Part shown: in pieces, positions 27,677-39,845 of the stretch
Layout: each line of letters begins with the position of its first letter
Numbering within the stretch: the first letter of the stretch is position 1
NCBI RefSeq assembly: GCF_037042905.1
Contig: NC_087245.1
Location: 2,048,001-2,112,000, forward strand
DNA from: Lytechinus pictus
Lineage: Eukaryota
DNA length: 64,000 nt
Direction of reading: 5' to 3'
The notes under the pieces: model-generated
What the model was told of the DNA's origin: nothing
Seen by the model: the letters and a program-made list of their open reading frames with translations, nothing else
Databases searched by the model: none
Program-made: the position numbers and the translations under genes

Positions 27677-28580
27677 AGTACACAGCACAAACACATGTAT
27701 CAAAAGTTCATTACAATATTTTGTAACCAAAAATACTATTACCATACAATACAGTTGCAATTTATTTTTCATTAGTAACTTGGGGATCTTTTTTTAATTC
27801 ACCAGAGCGCTCAAAAACTTGAATTTGGGGCATATTTTTGTGTACGCCCTCCATTGGTGGAAAGTAATATGGCAAGAAAATTGTAATTTTTCAGAAAAAA
27901 AAATAATTAAAAGAATCAAATTTATTTAAGAGCCAAGTTATATGATGAATAGCTGTAATGATAATGGCAACTGACAGTGTAAAAAAAAATCAAGTATTTG
28001 TCCAAAAGAAAAAGAGAAATATGCCAAACATTGCTAACCTTATTTTGCCACACACGTCTACACAGGGAGTACCAGTAACTTTGTCTTCTAGTTTTAACTA
28101 ACAGAGTCTCAGACTGAGTCAGAGAACAACTTGGTTACCATGCCTGGCCCCCACTCAGTGTTATTTAGGGTACGCCTATGCTCGTTCCCTCCCTTTCCCC
28201 TACATGTATCTCATGTCTGCCAAAATTTCTGAACCCCCCTATCGCGGGCTTTTCCTGCCTTGGAGACCCCTCTAAATCCGGAACACTGCTCAATGTACCG
28301 CCCTATCTAGGGTGAGCTCTCATTCCAACCCCCTATCTCAGGACAGACAACCTCCCCTTCATCTCAGGTAAGCTGTCACTACAATAGAGGTTCCATGATG
28401 TCATGATGGAGGACAAAACAATAGCAAAACCATGAAAACAATGACATTTCATAGTCTGATGCACAGGCTTTTATTGTTTGTCCTCCAATATGGCTGCTTG
28501 TGGGAACCCTCTATATCTTAGGAAAGATTCTTGAATTTCTCAGGAGTCCAAAGAGAGAGAAAAAGAAAAAACACCCCTTT

Positions 28581-29166
28581 TTAAAGGTCAAGTCCCCCCC
28601 CCCCCCATGAAATTTTTTATTTGTGTCGATAGAGAAAAATCAAACATGCATAACACTGAAAATTTCATCAAAATCGGATGTTAAAAAGAAAGTTATGACA
28701 TTCTAAAGTTTCACTTATTTTCCTCAAAACAGTTGTACGCACATGTCAGTGATATGCATGAGAAAGTCGATGTCCCCCACTCACTGTTTCTATTGTTTTT
28801 TGTTTGAATTATACAATACTTCATTTTTTACAGGTTTAACAATAAGTACTTACTACACTGAACTATAAAATCTTAAAACAATGGTAATTCCACATTTTCA
28901 TGGATGAATAAAACTTTATTTCACAGGACAATGAAGAGAAAATTAGAATATCTAAATGCTTCATATAAATCACAGGACAATGAGGAGAAAATAAGAATAT
29001 TTCATGCTTCATATAAAATTAAATCACATTACAATGAGAAAATTGGAATATGACATAACTTAATAATTTTACATCCGATTTTGATGAAATTTTAAGTGTT
29101 ATGCTTGTTGGATTTTTCTCTTTTTTATTCAAATCAACTTCATGTCGGGATGGACTTGTCCTTTAA
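28581..29166. mobile_element. Kolobok/T2-like MITE
   Basis: ttaaaggtcaagtcc ... ggacttgtcctttaa. Confidence 0.8.
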
Positions 29167-29741
29167 AGAAATATCAGGGTGAAAAGTCAAAATCAAATAG
29201 ACAAATACACCCCTTTTTTTACAATTCGCGGGCCGAACTTGTCCCGCGACAAAGTACCCCTTTATAGGACATTTTGGGAACACGCATTTGGTCCCTCCGA
29301 CAGAGGGGGGGGGGGGGGCCGGAGTTACATGTATGTATCATCATAACCTTGTAGTTGTATTGTTCATTTGAATAAGTGGATCATCATCATGACTTCATTA
29401 TATTTATAATGATTATTGATTATGTCTATCGATCTTGACTTGATGATGATCTTGTCTGCCTTTGAGTTTGAATCGGCGATAGGGATCATTGTAAAAAATA
29501 TCGAACTAGTAGAAGTCTAATGTTACGTCCCTTCTTTATTCCATCCCATATACGCGTATCCGAGATGCAATTTTTATCAGCATGCTAGGTCTAGCTGTCA
29601 ACCGCCGGGTACAGCGCGGCGGATAGCAGCTAGGTCTAGTGTCAACCGCCGGTTCGCGGCCCGTTCCTTACTCTACAAAGTCCGCAAGAAGTTATGCGGA
29701 GTTAAAGTGCTAGCTAACTCAAATTGAGTCTCGATACTTAC

Positions 29742-29918
29742 CGGTCGGTATCTCTTTCTTCAAATTGACGAAAATGACAATAATAATAAGAAAATCTCTA
29801 AGAGGGTGAGTAGTCCTTAAATGAATGAAAGAAAATAAATTGTCAAAATCTTTCTGGCGGAAGGGAAATTATGAAAACGGACCAAGCATCACAGTTCACC
29901 CAGTGCAGAGGAGAGTGT
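29742..29918 (-). other. Probable non-coding first exon of TRAK (5' boundary approximate)
   Basis: CG|GTAAGT donor at 29741 in a CpG-rich island, just downstream of promoter motifs. Confidence 0.55.
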
Positions 29919-29950
29919 CAGGAAGTCGCCATCTTATCAACGCATGCGCG
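29919..29950 (-). promoter_or_regulatory. Housekeeping-type promoter cluster: ETS (CAGGAAGT), YY1 (CGCCATCTT), NRF1-like (CGCATGCGC)
   Basis: Three motifs within 32 bp. Confidence 0.6.
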
Positions 29951-31073
29951 TAATCGTATGTTAGATATATATTATAGAGAACATTATGATGGCATACCGT
30001 ACCCCTAATATAAATTATATTAGTAAATGACAATAAAAAGATCCTCTCCGTTAGATATCTTATGGTCTTTGTTAGATTTTTGCACAAAAATTAGATGGTG
30101 GTTGGTCGGACCAGTGGGGGATGGCCAAATAAGGATTGATCAAAATCTAGCTAATGTGATCCAGGGCCAGCTTGGCCCTTTGGCTTGGCCCCACACCAGT
30201 ATAGCATGAGGGGCCAGGCCCCTACCTTCCAAACGTCGCGCAAATCGGACTCTAAACACGTAGTTTACCTTGATTTATTTACCTTGATGTTGGGCATAAA
30301 GTATAGAAGACTTATTTGCCCCTCTGCATCTTCTTAGAACTTGTCCTCAGTTATAAACGTAACAATTTCACATGCATGTGTGGGTTTGGACGATTTGTGA
30401 AAATTCTGTGTTGGAGCAAAAAGGACATCCTTTATAAAACATTAATTTAATTTTGTTTTATCATCCCCGCAAATTTGACCCTAAACACGTAGCTTTCCTA
30501 ACGAAATAGATACCCTTTTTTCATTATTTTTGTGTTTTTGACATCCTTATCACGTTACGTACGTATAACGTGCCCTATCAGGCTATCTTGAAAAAGACAT
30601 CCTTTTTACGTGTTTTTGGGGTCGCGCATGGTATCCACTCGTCAATGTAAGTGGCCTCCCCGGGGGGCCAGGATATATCTATTTCGATTTTGACTTTATA
30701 TTCAGAAAATTATATCGCAGGCACAGGTTTCGGATTTCCCCCCTCGGCCCCTCCCCCCTTCGGGTCATGAAACTTTTGTGTGGGCCGGGGTCTGAGTAAC
30801 CAACGATTCAGATGTATTCTTTGCAACCCCCACTCATCCCCTTTCTGTCTGCCTGAGTGTCTCACTCTTTCCGATCCGCCCGGTCTCTCCGCCTATCATT
30901 TTTTCCCAAGTGCACCTCTTTTGCCATCCAATGGTAACTAACCATGCATGGTGATGGGCCACTTACCATAATAGGAACTTTTGATGCAACAGGATCCAGA
31001 TGCCAATTTTTACCTGTGTATATTTGACATATAGTCATGCTATTGAACCAACTTTTATGCAACGCGGGGCCTT

Positions 31074-31229
31074 GGGCCCCGTTGCATAAAAGTTACAATT
31101 TCGCTAACTTTGCCATCCAATGGTTATTTGCATATAATCCATGTTTTTGATTGGCTGATGATCATCGTTACCATGGTAGTTACCATAGAGGGCAAAATTA
31201 CCATAATAGTATTTTTTATGCAACGGGCC
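31074..31229. mobile_element. Harbinger-like MITE (a degenerate second copy lies just upstream, ~30910-31071)
   Basis: ccgttgcataaaa ... ttttatgcaacgg TIR. Confidence 0.7.
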
Positions 31230-32822
31230 TTTATCTTTTACAGTCATGTACGTGTACATTCTTTAAAATTAGCATTCCTTAATTAGCCTAAAAACTTTGC
31301 AGCCTTACAACTTTCTGTTTCTATATCTCCTACATATACCTTCTATCTTTCCAACATTCCATTCAACTTTTCTCTCCCCTTTGCTCTACCTTCCCCCCCC
31401 CCCCCTGCCATCTTTCTCCCTCTCTACATTCCTGGATTCTATCTCTACCCCCATCCTTTATTCTTCATCACTACTGCTACACCGTTCTAGTAACTCTCAA
31501 TTCCAATGTTTTGTAGTTTAACTTGATGAATCTTGTTCATTATAGGGGAGACATGCATGGGTATAACACGGGCAGAAGCTCCTATATTCCTAACAGAAAG
31601 CTCTGGACACGGAGCATGTGCATTTCACAGCTCCGTATCAGTGGCGTATCTATATAGGGGGCAAGGAGGCACGTGCCCTGTGCGCCACTGCATGCAGGGG
31701 CGCAAAGAAAGCCTTGGGGCGCAATCAGTGGCGTAACAGGCGGGGGGGCAGGGGGGGCAAGTTGCCCCCCCTGGCGGATTTCACCGGGAAAATAAAAGAA
31801 AAGCGGGAAAAAAAAAAGGAGGGAGAAAGAAAGAAAGGGAAAGGGGAAGGAAAGGGGAAAAGGAAAGGAGGAAAGGAAAGGAAAAGGAAAAAATGAAAAG
31901 AAAACGAAGAAAAAACTTTTTTTAATAGAAAAGGAAGGAAAGCGGGAAAATATACGAAAGAAGAACATTTGAGAAAGAACAAATCATTCCGAAATAGGCC
32001 TATGTAATGCAATAGTACGGTGGGAAATAAATTAAAAGATGACAAAATGGCAAACAATAGCGGGAAACGAAGGTAGAATGTAATTAGTCAAAAGCTAATT
32101 TTTGGAAAACAAAGAAAAGGGACAAGAAAAAAAATAACACGACCGGGCTGCCGATGATTGATATTAAAGAGCGGGAAGAAAGATGGACTGCATACAACAC
32201 TGTGATATAAGCTTGCTAAATTTTATGCAAATAAGCTACCGGGGCTTTGCCCCAGACCCCACGCAGTAGGGGCTCTTCATTTATAACCTTCAAATGGCTC
32301 TATAACGCCCCCCGTTCACAATCACGTTCAATCACTGCACAGGCGCGGGGGGGGGTCTTGGTTCCACACCCAAGAGGAAATAAAATAAATTATAGGCGAC
32401 AACGTATAATTAAATGAATGGAAACATTGAATTGTGTTATTTGCTGAATATAATGGAAAAATCTATCACATAATTAGAATGTAATTTCAATAGGCAATTT
32501 TTTCCAGCTCGCTTTGCACGCTGGCAACGTTTTACAGATTTTTCCCACATCACTATGTTTTGCCCCTCAAAATATTTGGTTCATTACGCAACTGGGTTGG
32601 AAAAATGTGTTGTGTAAAAGCTATATCCTGTACATGCCCGCGATTTGATTAAAATAGCGCGAGGTTTAAGGACGTTCCACAGTTATGTTTGTGCGCATCA
32701 TGATCTGCGCATATTTTACACTCTGCGCGCTGACGTCACAATGGATGAACTGGCGATTTAATCAGCTGTAGGTATTGTGAGCTGATTTTTCTCCTTATCT
32801 GCATGCACTAACTGCAGATCTG

Positions 32823-32979
32823 GGGGGCGTTTCATGAAAGGACTTGTCGGACGTTTTATCCGACAAGTCCCATTTTATCCGACAGTTACCATAGGAACAG
32901 TGCCTCTCAGCCAATCAAAATCATGGAAAGATGTCAGATCTGACAACTTGTCGGATGTAAATATTGATGAAACGCACCC
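32823..32979. mobile_element. Harbinger-like MITE, CTG TSD
   Basis: ctg|gggggcgtttcat ... atgaaacgcaccc|ctg. Confidence 0.75.
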
Positions 32980-33499
32980 CTGATGTGTTATTTTATGAAG
33001 CTAATAAACTGGAATTATTCCATAGACCATTTTTTTTTATTCCTCTACAATTTCAAAATAGTTTCTCTGTAGTGCTGCAAAGTATGATGAATATGACCCC
33101 GAGTTTTGAATAAATGGAAAAGTGGTTCGGAAATTTCCCCCACATAGATACTGCTTTTGGCGCGTTTTATGATGTTTTAAGAAGCAAATTTTCTCTAATA
33201 AGAGTGCTGATAGTTTGAAAACAAGCACATGAACCCATATATTTTAATGTTTGCACCTCTTAGGTATACCTTCCTCTACAACTTTGCAAAGTTTGGTGAA
33301 AATGACATGGGTTTTGAATAAAGTGCAGCATTTCTTTTACTTCTCAAGTTTGTTATTGAAATTTGAAATTTTTGAGGTTGAGTATCTTTCCCGCAATTTC
33401 CAAGAACTGAGAGTGTTGTTAGACTTAAATGAGCAAACAATTGACAGCAATATAGATATATTATCCATCTTACGGATACAATTATTAATCATATTGCAA

Positions 33500-35260
33500 A
33501 ATTTGATGAAATTTTCATGGATTTTGGACACTGATAATTTGAAAACGAGCACATGGACCCCATAGTTTAAATGTCTTAACTTCTTCAGAATATATTCCTC
33601 TACAAATCTAGAGAGTATGATGAAAATGACATGGATTTTGAATGTTTGGGAGCGGAACTACGGAACCATTCGTATTTTAGACATTTTGGACGGTATTATC
33701 AGACTTTTACTTAATTTCGGCGCATTTTGGGCCGTTTCAAGCCAGCTCGCAACATTTTGGACACTGATAGTTTAAAAACGAGCACATGGACCCCATATTT
33801 TTAATATTTCAACGTCTTCAGAATATATTCCTCTACAAATATAGAGAGTATGATGAAAATGACATGGATTTTGAATGTTTGGGAGCAGCACTACGGAACC
33901 ATTCGTATTTTAGACGGCATTATTAGACTTTTGCACGTTTCCGGCTCATTTAGGCGATTTTCAAGCCAACTCGCAACAGTTTGGACCCTGATAACTAAAA
34001 AACGAGCACATGGACCCTATATTTTTAATATTTTAACGGCTATTGAATATATTCCTCTACAAATTTAGAGAGAATGATGAAAATGACATGGATTTTGAAT
34101 GTTTGGCAGCGAAATACGGGAACCATTCGCATTTAAGACGGTATTATTAGACTTTTGCACGTTTTCGGCGGCGCATTTTAGGCGATTTTCAAGCCAACTC
34201 GCATCACTTTGGACACTCATAGTTAAAAAATGAGCACATGGACCCTATATTTTTGATATTTTAACGGCTTTAGAATATATTCCTCTACAAATTCAGAGAG
34301 TATGATGAAAATGACATGGATTTTGAATGTTTGGGAGCGAAATTCAGGAACCATTCGCTTTTTAGACAGTATTATTAGACTTTTGCACGTTTTCGGCGAA
34401 TTCGGCGCACTTTAGGCGAATTTCAAGCCAACTTGCAACACTTTTGACACTAAAAACTAAAAAACGAGCACATGGACCCTATATTTTTAATATTTTAACG
34501 GCTATTGAATATATTCCTCTACAAATTTAGAGAGAATGATGAAAATGACATGGATTTTGAATGTTTGGGAGCGAAATTCAGGAACCATTCGCTTTTTAGA
34601 CAGTATTATTAGACTTTTGCACGTTTTCGGCGAATTCGGCGCACTTTAGGCGAATTTCAAGCCAACTCGCAACAGTTTGGACCCTGATAACTAAAAAACG
34701 AGCACATGGACCCTATATTTTTAATATTTTAACGGCTTTAGAATATATTCCTCTACATATTTAGAGAGTATGATGAAAATGACATGGATTTTGAATGTTT
34801 GGGAGCGAAATACGGGAACCATTCGCATTTTAGACGGTATTACTAGACTTTTGCACGTTTTTGGCGCACTTTAGGAGGATTTCAATATTTTCAAGCCAAC
34901 TTGCAACACTTTTGACACTAAAAACTAAAAAACGAGCACATGGACCCTATATTTTTAATATTTTAACAGCTTTAGAATATATTCCTCTACGAATTTAGAG
35001 AGTATGATGAAAATGGCATGGATTTTGAATGTTTGGGAGCGAAATGCGGGAACCATTCGCATTTAAGACGGTATTATTAGACTTTTGCACGTTTTCGGCG
35101 CATTTTAGGCGATTTTCAAGCCAACTCGCATCACTTTGGACACTCATAGTTAAAAAACGAGCACATGGACCCTATATTTTTAACTTCCCTACACCTTCGA
35201 TATGCATTCCTCTACAATTTAGCCGAATTTGATGAAAATGATATGGATTTTGAAAACAGT
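33500..35260. repeat. Tandem array of a ~230-bp unit, 7-8 copies
   Basis: aaacgagcacatggaccc recurs at ~33543, 33776, 34000, 34229, 34463, 34696, 34929, 35156. Confidence 0.95.
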
Positions 35261-36618
35261 GCAGCTTACAAAATACTTTTTTAATTTTTTAATAGATTCA
35301 CGTCTTTGAAGATTTGTTTTTTCCGAGTTTTTGCACCATTTTTGCCAAATGAGGGCGCTGCTGACTCCAAATAGATATAGTTTTACCAATTAAAATACTT
35401 TCTCTTACTTTGGTATCTACTTAGTTACATATTCTGAAAGTTTGATGAAGTTTGATGCGTTATCCACTGAGTAAAGATGACTTAAACTCATTTGGTGAAT
35501 TCGTGAGGTCTAAGAGAGGCATAATTCTCTTGATTGCGCAACATTTCATATCATTCAAATACGGCGACTTTGAAGACCAGTAGAAAAAAAATAAGCACAT
35601 GAACCTATATTATCTTTTGCATTTTAATAATGCATAGATACCAAAGTAACTCTCTGCAAAATTTGGTGAAAATTACATGGACTTCATTTTAACTGTGGAA
35701 CGTCCTTAAATGGCTTTGATATCAAGAAGTTCCGGGGGCTCCGCCCCGGAACCCCAACCGCACAGCACTTCGTATGGAAGGGTTGGGCCATGGCCCCAAA
35801 AAGTTCTACAAACAAGAACAAAAAAAGGAGGAAAGAAAAGCAAAGGAAAAGTGTAGAATTTGATTTTATTTACTGAATATAATACAAAAAAATAGCTCAA
35901 AGTTAGATTCTTCTTTGTTTGCAGTATGTGTATTTTGTTTCCTTTATTGCAAAGCGCGTAGAGAAACTTTCAGTTTATTATGCGCTATATAAGAGAAGTA
36001 TTATTATTAGTAATATTATTATCATGAAAAGGTGATTTTTTTTCTCGCTCGCTTCGCTCGCTCGGGACTTATATAAAGCAGCTTTTTAGCTCATGTGCTA
36101 TACTGCGCCCCTCGGTTTTTTTTTACTCTTCACGCTACTGCCACAAAGAAGAGTGAAATATATTATTCTCTGGATATCATGTCAAAATCTATCACAAAAT
36201 TGGATTTTTGTATTAAAAAGTCAAAATTTTTGATCGCTCGCTCCGCTCGCTCGCAACTTTTTTTAAAAAATAAATTCTGCCCGATACGCAATATCTGGCC
36301 TTCTCAAAATAGTCGCATCATTACACCATTACACCTGTTCATACCATGATATGACCGGGAAATGTTGGGCTCTTGCCCCCCCTGGCCACCGACCCCTGTT
36401 ACGCCGCTGGGCGCAATGATAAAGAAAAGGAAACAAGACAATGGAATAAAGGCACAGAAACATGCAGAATATACCACTGACATGACTGAAGCTGATTAAT
36501 ACCCCCGTCCTATGCTATTACCATGGTAATGCAGTTTCCAACACATTCAGTTATAAAAAAAAGAAATCTTGCATGTCTTTACTCATACAGGGATAAATAT
36601 TCGTGCCAACCTTTTATT

Positions 36619-36824
36619 AGCGATAGCTCAGTCGGTAGAGCGGGGATTCGTATTCTGGTGACCCGCGGGTTCGATTCCCAACTGGTGCGCTATAGTGTCC
36701 TTTGGTAAGGCATTAAACAATCCTCATTACCAGGTCCCTCGGGGAGGACCTTAAGCAGTCGGTCCTCTTGCTGGTTGCTTGCTTACAAGCATTCATGCTT
36801 TCTTAGTAATCAGGTAAAAAAATC
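36619..36824 (+). mobile_element. tRNA-derived SINE
   Basis: A box tagctcagtcgg, B box ggttcgattcc, then a non-tRNA body (tgtcctttggtaaggcatt...) and an A-rich end. Confidence 0.8.
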
Positions 36825-37233
36825 ACTACCATGCGTTTTCAAGAATTCCAACAAACAGTCCTTCCTCCTTAAATATTCATTTTTCAAACGCAAATATCAT
36901 AACTTTTCATCTCTTTTAGCTGCGGGTTTGCATTTTGATAGGTTACTCTTCATTAATTCTTACAAACAGTACTGAAATACATACCGGTTTAATTGCCAAA
37001 GCTATTCATCACGCGGAAATATTAATCCTCTTCATTAATTTTACAAACAATCATGAGAATAGCCCTTTTGATATAGGTGAGGATCAGCTCGAGCTTCGCG
37101 CTCGCATTATGCCGACGAGTTATACGTAACTATTCTTTTCATGATTTCTTACAAAATTTAAGGTCCTTAAAATGTCTCCCTTTTAGGTAAGTAAGCCTAT
37201 ATCAAAAGCTTCAGCTCATCCCACTTGCTTGCA

Positions 37234-37738
37234 TTAAAGGGGAAGTTCACCCTGAAAAAATTGTTGTAAAAATAGCAGAAAAACTAATTAAAAATTGGTA
37301 AAGTTTTGAGGAAAATCCATTAAAAATTAAAAAAGTTATTAGAATTGTAAATTTTTGACTTTTGACGTCATAAACGAGCAGCTGTCCCATAGGTTATGTA
37401 ATATAAAATGCATACATTTCATTTTTAGAATGGTTCATGGTGTATATTTGCCTTTTACGAACGGGTGAGAAATGATTTGTCTATTGAAATACTAAAGGTA
37501 TACAGTAAAAACAATTTTCAGTTTTCTGAGAAAATGATATTTCATTAATTTTTTACCATTATGATAATTTTGTAGGAAAGCTGCTCGCATATGGCGTCAT
37601 AAATCAAATAATTAAAATTTTCTAAAATCTTTTTTATTATTTGTTGGATTTTTCTCAAACCTCTGCCAATATTTTTGAATTATTTTTTTTCTGCTATTTT
37701 TACAATAAACTTTTTGTCAGGGTGAACTTCCCCTTTTA
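37234..37738. mobile_element. Kolobok/T2-like MITE
   Basis: ttaaaggggaagttcaccctga ... tcagggtgaacttccccttt; relative at ~63253. Confidence 0.8.
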
Positions 37739-38118
37739 TTGCCTAGTTAGATGCGCATCTTTGGATTACTTCTCCCTAAAATGTCTCGATTTCAGGTCTA
37801 AATATCATTACTTTTCAGCTCGCGTTTCGCGTTCGCATTATTGTTTAGAATATGCACACCTTTAATGATTACAAAAAGTGCTCAGAATATTCAGTCTTAA
37901 TATCTTAATATTGAAGAAAAAACAGGTTCGCGCTTTGCCCTCTTATTAGGTCGATTTATTCAACCTATACCACCTCTATGAATTCCTTGAAGTGTCTTTT
38001 CGATGTTCCTTTTTCATATCTGAATATCAATCATTTTCAGCTCGCGCTTCGCACTCGCATTATTGTTTAGATATGCATCATGTTAATGGTCACAAAAAGT
38101 GCTTTAAAATATTCATTC

Positions 38119-38688
38119 TTAAAGGAAAATGAAACCTTTGAAACAAGATAGTCTGTATTAAAACACAAAAATAAAAGAAAGATCAACAAAAGTTTGAGAA
38201 AAATTTAATAAATAAGTTATGAGCATTTGAAGTTTAGATCATTATCATAATGTAGATCCTCTAGTTGGCAATGTGACAAAGATGTGTGATGTCACTTGTG
38301 AACAACTTTCCCATTAGGCCCATTACTTTTTTATATATTTTACTTAAACTGCCTCTTTTATCACATCTAAGTAGATCATAATATTCTTTCTATAAGAGGG
38401 CATGTAATACGGAGTTTTAAAGAATACATAATGGATAAAGAGTTTGTATCACTATAAGAAAGAGCAAAAAGAGAAATTTTCGGGGTATTTTATAGTCCCT
38501 CACAGCGACATCTTTGTCGCATTGCCAATGGGAGGATCTCCATATAGCATTAATGATCGCCATATTCAAATTATGCTCATAACTTTCTCATTATTTGTCC
38601 GATTTTTCTCAAACTTTCTTTGATCTTATTCTTTGATTTTTCTCTTTCCACACAAGCCAACTTGTTCCAAAGGTTCATTCCCCTTTAA
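38119..38688. mobile_element. Kolobok/T2-like MITE
   Basis: ttaaaggaaaatgaaacc ... ggttcattcccctttaa. Confidence 0.8.
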
Positions 38689-38995
38689 GAAATATGCTCA
38701 CGCTTCGCCCTCGTATTAGGTCGATTTATTTATTGAGATACCTATCATCAGTCTTTCCTAAAAAAGGGTATTTTTATGTGTTCCTTTTACAGGAATATCA
38801 ATAATTTTTTTAGCTCGCGCTTTGCGCTCGCATTGATTGTTTGCGTTAGATACGTTCATGTGAACAAAAAAAAACCTATAGAATATTCCGTCTTAACGTC
38901 TTAATATTGAAAAATATTCGTACTAGCATTCATATTATGTTTTATTTTGACTGGTCGTGGGTTTTTATATATATTCTCCTTTTGGAACAAAACCC

Positions 38996-38998
<3 letters not shown>

Positions 38999-39043
<45 letters not shown>
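38999..39043. repeat. (TA)n microsatellite
   Basis: About 22 AT units. Confidence 0.95.
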
Positions 39044-39050
<7 letters not shown>

Positions 39051-39845
39051 GAAGGGTTTTGTTCCAAAAGGAGCTAAATCCACTTTTGGTATTTTTCTGT
39101 AAGGTTTTTTTTACCACTTTCCCTTAGCCACTGTACTGTATTTTGATATATATAATAGTGCTATCATCTTAGATTAATTAAATCATGATTTCAAAAATTT
39201 AGCATTCTTTATCAATTTTTAAAGAACTTTTGACATTTTTTTAATGGATTTAGCTCCTTTTGGAACAAAACCTTAGTAAAATGTTAAATTTTGCCAATTT
39301 AAACATGTTTGATATTGGAAATTGACACGAAACACGTAAATATGGCTAGCAGAATACATTTCACCTCTTTTCTGATGTTTATCCATTGAAAATTACAAAA
39401 AGAAAAAAAAAAGATATTTTGTCATCTTTTCTAAGGATGGCGACTTTTTGAAATATAATTCCAAAAGGAGTTAAATCCAAAAATATTCATAAAAATTGTA
39501 AAATTCTGTTATTTTCAGCAAAATTTGCACTGATGTTGTAAACTTGTATCCACAATTTGAAAATATGAATGCATAACTTAAGGTAAAATTGGAAAAATAA
39601 CAAATTTTAAATAAGCATATAGTGGATTTAGCTCTGTTTGGAACAAAATTGTTTTGGATTTAGCTCCTTTTGGAACAAAACTCAAATTTGCAATCCATTT
39701 TTCGAACCTTTCCCCCCAAAAAAAATTCAAAAGCGATATGTTGCATTTGATTTCCACGGCAAAGATACTTAATTATATTTTGTGTCAAAAAATCAATTTT
39801 GGTCAAAAGTGGATTTAGCTCCTTTTGCATGGAATCAAGCTCTTC
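39051..39845. mobile_element. TIR element with repeated gtggatttagctccttttggaacaaaa motif, superfamily uncertain
   Basis: gaagggttttgttccaaaaggagctaaatccac start; inverted motif repeated internally and at the end. Confidence 0.6.

Larger units (their letters stand above)
32666..35709. mobile_element. TTAA-flanked TIR element (Kolobok- or Crypton-like) nested in the hAT
   Basis: TTAA-ggacgttccacagtta ... taactgtggaacgtcc-TTAA, perfect TIR. Confidence 0.8.
31726..36409. mobile_element. 4.7-kb non-autonomous hAT element
   Basis: Perfect 8-bp TSD ggcgcaat (31718, 36410); TIR cagtggcgtaacagg / cctgttacgccgctg. Confidence 0.9.

Noticed and set aside
31582..32057. Overlapping 92-128 aa ORFs
   Set aside because: They translate the GA-rich low-complexity end of the hAT element.
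36619..36690. tRNA gene (also 14063-14135)
   Set aside because: A and B boxes are present but the acceptor stem does not pair well, and the sequence continues into a repeat body, so these are SINE heads.
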